Assembly (NCBI GenBank): GCA_037129475.1 | Contig: JBAXUY010000006.1 | Span: 1 to 58,805 of the forward strand | Origin: Planctomycetia bacterium | GTDB lineage: Bacteria; Planctomycetota; Planctomycetia; Pirellulales; UBA1268 | Direction: 5' to 3' | Length of the DNA: 58,805 nucleotides | In this document: piece by piece, positions 53,994 to 58,805 of the stretch | Layout: the number at the start of each line of letters is the position of its first letter | How positions within the stretch are numbered: position 1 is the first letter of the stretch | Program-made: the position numbers and the translations under genes | Notes under the pieces: generated by a model | Database searches by the model: none | What the model saw: the letters and a program-made list of their open reading frames with translations, nothing else | What the model was told of the DNA's origin: nothing

Positions 53994-54023
53994 AGCGTAC
54001 CCGATCCATGACACCGATGTCAC
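53994..54023 (-). promoter_or_regulatory. Putative sigma70 promoter of the esterase gene with a TGACA-N4-TGTCA palindrome over the -35
   Basis: Minus strand GTGACA-18 nt-TACGCT; palindrome at 54009-54022. Confidence 0.45.
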
Positions 54024-54147
54024 GACAGTCCGTGCATCGCCGTGGTTGCCGCCCGGCATCCCGTTGGAAACTTTCTGGATCTCGGCCCGTTTCATGTTTC
54101 CGGATGCTCGCACCCGCGGTATCCTCGGCTTCTGCTGGAGGTGAACC

Positions 54148-54900
54148 ATGGCATCGATGGCTGACAAACGACGACAAGCAGCCGCGCTGGCGGCTGAGCG
54201 CAACCGGCAGGGGGCGGGCGGGCGGATCGTGAAGCGAGGACTTGCCGTCCTGCTCGTGCTCTTGCTGCTCGCCCTGCCCACGCTCTGGGCGCTCGGTTTT
54301 TTCTCGTCGCCCCAGGCTGTTGCCGAAGTGAAGCAACTCGTCGACCAGCAGGTGGCGGAGTATGACCGCGTGGCCCGCGGCGAGGTGCCGTTCGCGTCGG
54401 CTCCGAGCTTCGGAGCGATGATGGAGACGATGCGCGACGTGCCGCGGGAATACCGCGACCAGGTCGGCCAGCAGATGGGACGGCTGTGGGAAGCCCGGGA
54501 ACGGGCAGAACTGATGTCGTATTTCAAGCTGCCGCCGGCGCAGCGGCAGGCGGAACTCGATCGGCGGATCAAGGCCGACGAGGCGCGACGCAAGGCGTGG
54601 CAGGCGGAGCGTGATAAACGTGATCAGGCCCGTGCTGCGGAGAACCCGCAGGCCGCCGGCTCCGCGCAGGGAGGCGACCGCGGTGGTCGGGGCCCCGGAG
54701 GTGGCGGGCAGGGTGGAGGACAGGGCGGCGGCGGTCAGCCGGGCGGTGGACGCACGGAAGACGGCCGCAATGCGCGCAGCAAGGGACGAATCGATCGCAC
54801 GACCCCGGAGCAGCGGGCCCAGCAGGCCGAGTATCGTCGGGCGATGGATGCACGACGCAAGGAACTCGGGCTTCCGACCGGCGGCCGTCGCGGCGGCTGA
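54148..54900 (+). CDS. Hypothetical membrane-anchored R/E/Q-rich helical protein with Gly-rich linker
   Basis: GGAGG RBS; one hydrophobic segment; fills the gap between divergent and convergent neighbours. Confidence 0.7.
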   Translation: MASMADKRRQAAALAAERNRQGAGGRIVKRGLAVLLVLLLLALPTLWALGFFSSPQAVAEVKQLVDQQVAEYDRVARGEVPFASAPSFGAMMETMRDVPREYRDQVGQQMGRLWEARERAELMSYFKLPPAQRQAELDRRIKADEARRKAWQAERDKRDQARAAENPQAAGSAQGGDRGGRGPGGGGQGGGQGGGGQPGGGRTEDGRNARSKGRIDRTTPEQRAQQAEYRRAMDARRKELGLPTGGRRGG

Positions 54901-54930
54901 GCGGGAGGGCCGGCACCGCGACACCGCACG

Positions 54931-55761
54931 TCACGAGCGCGGCGCCGACGTCACAGCCTGCGTCACAATGGCCCGGAGCTTCGGTTCGGCGGCCCTGGCG
55001 ACGGCGAGGATTTTCTCGACCGTCGCCACCTCGAGCGCGTCGGGCAGGCACATGTCGGTGATCACGGAAATGCCGAGCACTTCGAGGCCGGCGTGCACCG
55101 CCACGATCACCTCGGGCACCGTCGACATGCCCACGACGTCCGCCCCGATCCCGCGGAGAAAGCGGTATTCCGCCCGCGTCTCCAGGTTCGGGCCCGTCAC
55201 GGCCACGTAGACGCCGCGGTGGGCGACGAAGTTCTCACGGCGGGCGACCTCGAGCGCCTGGTCGACGAGGCTGGGGGTGTAGGGGGCCGACATGTCGGGG
55301 AAGCGGGGCCCGAGCCGCTCGTCGTTGATGCCGACCAGCGGATTGTCGTTCATCAGGTTGATGTGATCGTCGATCATCATCAGGTCGCCGGTGCGGTAGA
55401 GCGGATTGAGCCCGCCGCAGGCGTTGGTGACCACGAGGCGGCGGGCCCCGAGCCGCTTCACGACCCGCACCGGGAACGTGATCTGCGCGAGCGGGTAGCC
55501 CTCGTAGGCGTGTTGCCGCCCCTCCATCACGACCACCGGCACGCCCTCGAGCAGCCCGCACACGAGCTGGCCGGAGTGGCCATGGGCGGTCGAACGGGCG
55601 AAGTGCGGGATCGCGTCGTAGGGGATCGTCACCTTGTCGGTGATCGCACCGGTGACGCCGCCCAGGCCGCTGCCCAGGATGACGCCGACGGCCGGCTCGT
55701 GCGGCCACTTCCCCGCGATCGCCGCGCAGGCCTCGGTGATCTTGTCGAATTGGTCGAGCAT
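54931..55761 (-). CDS. punA: Purine-nucleoside phosphorylase (trimeric class I type)
   Basis: VILGSGLG, GRQHAYEG, TNACGG, DHINL, GPNLET.AE, GADVVGMSTVPE; start ATG 55761. Confidence 0.93.
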   Translation of the reverse strand: MLDQFDKITEACAAIAGKWPHEPAVGVILGSGLGGVTGAITDKVTIPYDAIPHFARSTAHGHSGQLVCGLLEGVPVVVMEGRQHAYEGYPLAQITFPVRVVKRLGARRLVVTNACGGLNPLYRTGDLMMIDDHINLMNDNPLVGINDERLGPRFPDMSAPYTPSLVDQALEVARRENFVAHRGVYVAVTGPNLETRAEYRFLRGIGADVVGMSTVPEVIVAVHAGLEVLGISVITDMCLPDALEVATVEKILAVARAAEPKLRAIVTQAVTSAPRS

Positions 55762-55795
55762 GCGTGCCCTCGCGAGTGCCGGGCGCGTCCGCGGT

Positions 55796-56179
55796 TCACT
55801 CGTGGCCGAGCAGTGCCCGGAAGTCGGGCCGGCCCCGCAACGAGTCGAGATCGGGATCGACCTCGAGATGCGCCAAGTCGTCGTAGCCCAGGAGGATGGC
55901 CGACGCGAGCGAATCGATCGCCTCGTCGGGCCGCCCGGCCAGGGCCTGCGAACAGGCGAGATTGTAGCGGGCCAAGAAGTCGTTGGGCAGTCGCTCGACG
56001 AGTCGGCGGTCGAGTTCCACCGCCCGGTGCACGTCACCCTTTTTGGAGACCAGTTCGCCGAGCGTCCGCAGCACCTCGACCGAGTCGCCGTTGCGGGCGA
56101 GGAGTTTCTCGAAGAAGTCGATGTCGAAGTCGAGTTGGCTCAGCTTCCCGAACCAGTCGCTCGTGCGGGTGCCTGTCAT
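55796..56179 (-). CDS. TPR-like protein (YNLAC...DPDL C-terminal type)
   Basis: ARYNLACSQAL.G...AI..L..A...GY......DPDLDSLR; start ATG 56179. Confidence 0.8.
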   Translation of the reverse strand: MTGTRTSDWFGKLSQLDFDIDFFEKLLARNGDSVEVLRTLGELVSKKGDVHRAVELDRRLVERLPNDFLARYNLACSQALAGRPDEAIDSLASAILLGYDDLAHLEVDPDLDSLRGRPDFRALLGHE

Positions 56180-56201
56180 CGGGCTCTCCGATCGTCGATC
56201 G

Positions 56202-56450
56202 CTACTTCTTCTTTCCCGGACCCTTTGCCGGGGGCGGCATCGGCTCGGCCTCGTCGGGGTGATCCCAGTCGGGGTCGTTCGTCTCCTCCTCGAAGTCGTC
56301 GTCGAAGTCGTCGTCGAAGTCGTCGAAACTCGACTCCTCGTCGGGCAACGGCTGACCGACATCGAGGTCTTCGTCTTCCTCGAGTTCGTCGTCATCGACA
56401 TCGGGGTCGGCTGCCACGATTCTGGACCGGGATGCAAGCGCGGTTGGCAT
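56202..56450 (-). CDS. Small highly acidic hypothetical protein
   Basis: 82 aa, D/E-rich with DDF repeats and basic tail GKKK; co-oriented between argJ and the TPR gene. Confidence 0.6.
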   Translation of the reverse strand: MPTALASRSRIVAADPDVDDDELEEDEDLDVGQPLPDEESSFDDFDDDFDDDFEEETNDPDWDHPDEAEPMPPPAKGPGKKK

Positions 56451-56560
56451 CGGCTGGGAGGGGGCTCCGGGGAGAGGCTTCGAGACAAAGAAAACAGGTT
56501 CCGGCCGGCCGAGTCAAGGCGTCTGCCACCGCATGCCCGGCTCGGGAAAGTATAGGCCGG

Positions 56561-57784
56561 TCAGGTGTGGTAGTCGGCGTTCAGGTGGACGTATTCGGCC
56601 GTCAGGTCGCTCGAGTAGAACCGGATCGACGCCGGACCGGTGTGGACAGCCAATTCGATGAGCGTCTCCCGGGCGGCCTTGATCGATGCCGAAACCCGGT
56701 CGGCGTCGAACGCCACGGGCTGGCCGTGCTCGAACAACAGCGTGCCATTGAGCCTGAGGACGAGCCTGTCGGGGTCGAATGCCACGCCGGAGTAGCCGGC
56801 CGCCGACACGATCCGGCCCCAGTTCGGGTCGGCTCCGTGGATGGCCGTTTTCACCAGCGGGCTGTCGGCCACGGTGCGGGCGATCTGCCGCGCCTCGTCG
56901 CGGGTGCGGCAGCCGGTCACCTCGACGCGGAGCACGTGCGTGGCCCCTTCGCCGTCGTCGGCGATCTCACGGGCGAGCGCCTCGCAGGCGTCGTTGAGCG
57001 CGCGGGCGAAGGCGTCGAGGCCGGCACCGGTGAGCGGTTTCCCCCCCGCGGCCCCGTTGGCGAGCAGGAGCACCGTGTCGTTGGTGCTCGTGTGCCCGTC
57101 GACGCTCACACAGTTGAACGTCTGCTCGGTCGCCTCGCCGAGGAGTCGTTGGGCGTCGGCCGGCGCGATTGCCGCATCGGTGAGGATCACGCCGAGCATC
57201 GTGGCCATGCGCGGGCCCACCATCGCCGCTCCCTTCGCCATGCCGAAGAGCGTGTAGCTCGTGCCGTCGGCGCGGAACGTCGAGCCCGAGAGCTTGGGCC
57301 GCGTGTCGGTGGTCATCATGCCGCGGGCGGCAGTCACCACCGCGTCGGCGTCGCTCCCAAGCCTGTCGGACACCATGGTGATGCCGGCCGTGATCTTCTC
57401 GAGCGGGAGGAACTCGCCGATGATGCCGGTCGAGAGCACGAGCACGCCCGCCTCGGGCACGGCGAGCGTGACCGCGGCTGCCCGGGCCATCGCGGCGGCG
57501 TCGTCGAGGCCGCGGGTGCCGGTGCACGCGTTGGCATTGCCCGAATTGATGGCGACCGCGCGAAAGCCGTGTCCGGGCGTGCGGGCACGGTCGAACGCCA
57601 CGGGAGCGGCGAACACGAGGTTCGTCGTGTAGACCCCGGCCGCGGTCGCCGGCAGGTCCGACACGACGAGCGAGATGTCTTCGCGGGTGGGGTTGCGCTT
57701 GAGGCCCGCATGGGCCCCGGCGACGCGAAAACCCTTCGGCAGCGGCGGAATCGGCAGGCGGACGGGTGTTTCGGTGATGCTCAT
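56561..57784 (-). CDS. argJ: Bifunctional glutamate N-acetyltransferase/amino-acid acetyltransferase
   Basis: INSGNANACTG, MTTDT, KGAAMVGPRMATML autoproteolysis motif, DGHTSTND, DGEGAT, DPNWGR. Confidence 0.97.
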   Translation of the reverse strand: MSITETPVRLPIPPLPKGFRVAGAHAGLKRNPTREDISLVVSDLPATAAGVYTTNLVFAAPVAFDRARTPGHGFRAVAINSGNANACTGTRGLDDAAAMARAAAVTLAVPEAGVLVLSTGIIGEFLPLEKITAGITMVSDRLGSDADAVVTAARGMMTTDTRPKLSGSTFRADGTSYTLFGMAKGAAMVGPRMATMLGVILTDAAIAPADAQRLLGEATEQTFNCVSVDGHTSTNDTVLLLANGAAGGKPLTGAGLDAFARALNDACEALAREIADDGEGATHVLRVEVTGCRTRDEARQIARTVADSPLVKTAIHGADPNWGRIVSAAGYSGVAFDPDRLVLRLNGTLLFEHGQPVAFDADRVSASIKAARETLIELAVHTGPASIRFYSSDLTAEYVHLNADYHT

Positions 57785-57793
57785 CGGTGGGGT

Positions 57794-58804
57794 TCAGGGC
57801 AGGCCTGCCGTTTCGGGAAGCCCGAACACGCAGTTGAAGTTCTGGACGGCGGCGCCGGCGGCGCCTTTGACGAGGTTGTCGAGGCAGCTGATCAGGAGCA
57901 CGCGGCCGCGGACCACGCGGGCCGTGATGTCGCAGAAGTTGGTGTCGACCGTGTCTTTCGTGGCGGGCAGGTGGTCGACGACGCGCACGAACCGCTCGCC
58001 GGCATAGGCGTCGCGGAGCAGCTGCATGACGGCGGCCTCGGTGATCGGCTGCTTCGGCCGGACGTAGATCGTGGAGAGGATGCCGCGGTCCATCGGCGCG
58101 AGCTGCGGCGTGAAGATCACCTCGGGCCGCGTGCCGGCGTGCCGGCCGATCACCTGCTCGATCTCCGGCGTGTGCCGATGCCGGCCCACGTTGTAGGCCG
58201 ACATGCTCTCGTTGCATTCGGGAAAGTGCGTCATCAATTTCGGCGACCGGCCCGCACCGCTCACCCCGCTCTTGGAATCGATGATCACGTCATCGAGATG
58301 GAAGAGCCCGCTCTTTACGAGCGGGGCGAGTGGCAGAATCGCCGACGTCGAGTAGCACCCGGGGTTGGCGACGAGGCTCGCCCCCGCGATCCGGGAGCGG
58401 AAGAGCTCGGGCAGGCCATACACCGTGGCCCCGAGCCGCGCGGCATCGGGATGCTCGTGGCCATACCATTCGAGATAGGTGGCGGCGTCGTCGAGCCGGT
58501 AGTCGGCGCTGAAGTCGATCACCTTCGCCCCGGCGGCGAGCACCTGGGGCACGATCTCCGCGCTCGCGCAGTGCGGTAGGCAGGAAAACACGCAGTCGGC
58601 CCGCTTCCCGACCTCGTCAGGCCCGAGATCCTCGAGCGGCAGCTCGAGCCGGCCGACGAGGCTCGGGTGGATCGTGGAGATCGGGGGACGGCCCTCCTGC
58701 CGGCTCGTGACCGCCACGATCTTCGCATCGGGGTGGCGCAGCAGAAGCTTGATCGCCTCGAGGGCGGTGTAGCCGGTGGCTCCGAGAATGGCGACGGTGA
58801 TCAT
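57794..58804 (-). CDS. argC: N-acetyl-gamma-glutamyl-phosphate reductase
   Basis: GATGYT, DFSADYRL, YGLPE, ANPGCY, SGVSGAGR, HRHTPEI, DNLVKGAAG. Confidence 0.97.
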   Translation of the reverse strand: MITVAILGATGYTALEAIKLLLRHPDAKIVAVTSRQEGRPPISTIHPSLVGRLELPLEDLGPDEVGKRADCVFSCLPHCASAEIVPQVLAAGAKVIDFSADYRLDDAATYLEWYGHEHPDAARLGATVYGLPELFRSRIAGASLVANPGCYSTSAILPLAPLVKSGLFHLDDVIIDSKSGVSGAGRSPKLMTHFPECNESMSAYNVGRHRHTPEIEQVIGRHAGTRPEVIFTPQLAPMDRGILSTIYVRPKQPITEAAVMQLLRDAYAGERFVRVVDHLPATKDTVDTNFCDITARVVRGRVLLISCLDNLVKGAAGAAVQNFNCVFGLPETAGLP

Positions 58805-58805
58805 G

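Noticed and set aside
36914-54147. Locus 2 as a mobile genomic island
   Set aside because: Looks accessory and somewhat less GC-rich by eye, but I saw no integrase, transposase, tRNA or boundary direct repeats
53955-54593. N-terminal extension of the SASA esterase ORF (similar over-extensions affect PNP to 56037, DinB to 33042, TPR to 56488 and eutN to 2709)
   Set aside because: The extensions overlap neighbouring real genes; signal peptides, RBSs or homology begin at the downstream starts I used
55634-58579. 981-aa plus-strand ORF
   Set aside because: Antisense to argC, argJ and the TPR gene; shadow ORF

Overview
High-GC planctomycete-type chromosomal window (Pirellulales-like gene content). 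From left to right: (1) a Planctomycetes/Verrucomicrobia (PV-type) bacterial microcompartment operon for fucose/rhamnose catabolism, 1-7.7 kb on the minus strand, running off the left edge; (2) a GNAT gene, a tandem glycine riboswitch and a stand-alone single-chain gcvP, bracketed by GTAG-type REP-like hairpin pairs; (3) accessory glycan-utilisation locus 1 (11.8-31.6 kb): GxGYxYP-GH78 rhamnosidase fusion, PSD1 cytochrome c, DUF1501, DUF1080, a giant PEP-CTERM protein, a DUF1559 pilin-like protein, a lipoprotein and a NarL-type two-component system; (4) hdeD-like, dinB-like, purN and ileS, with a 65-bp duplication at the ileS 3' end; (5) accessory locus 2 (37-54 kb): two DUF1559+lipoprotein pairs, a 2385-aa repetitive PEP-CTERM protein, a beta-helix enzyme, an ECF sigma/anti-sigma/AraC operon and a sialate O-acetylesterase-like gene; (6) PNP, a TPR protein, argJ and argC. 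The most notable signal is that the two loci share a PEP-CTERM + DUF1559 + lipoprotein + CAZyme layout with no SusC/SusD, and each has its own visible candidate cis-regulatory motif (TCGGCA-N4-TGCCGA in locus 1, TTCCC-N5-CTCA next to a weak -35 in locus 2) plus a cognate regulator with a CBM-like sensor. I found no tRNA, rRNA, CRISPR array, integrase or transposase. All family assignments come from motif recognition by eye, not database searches.
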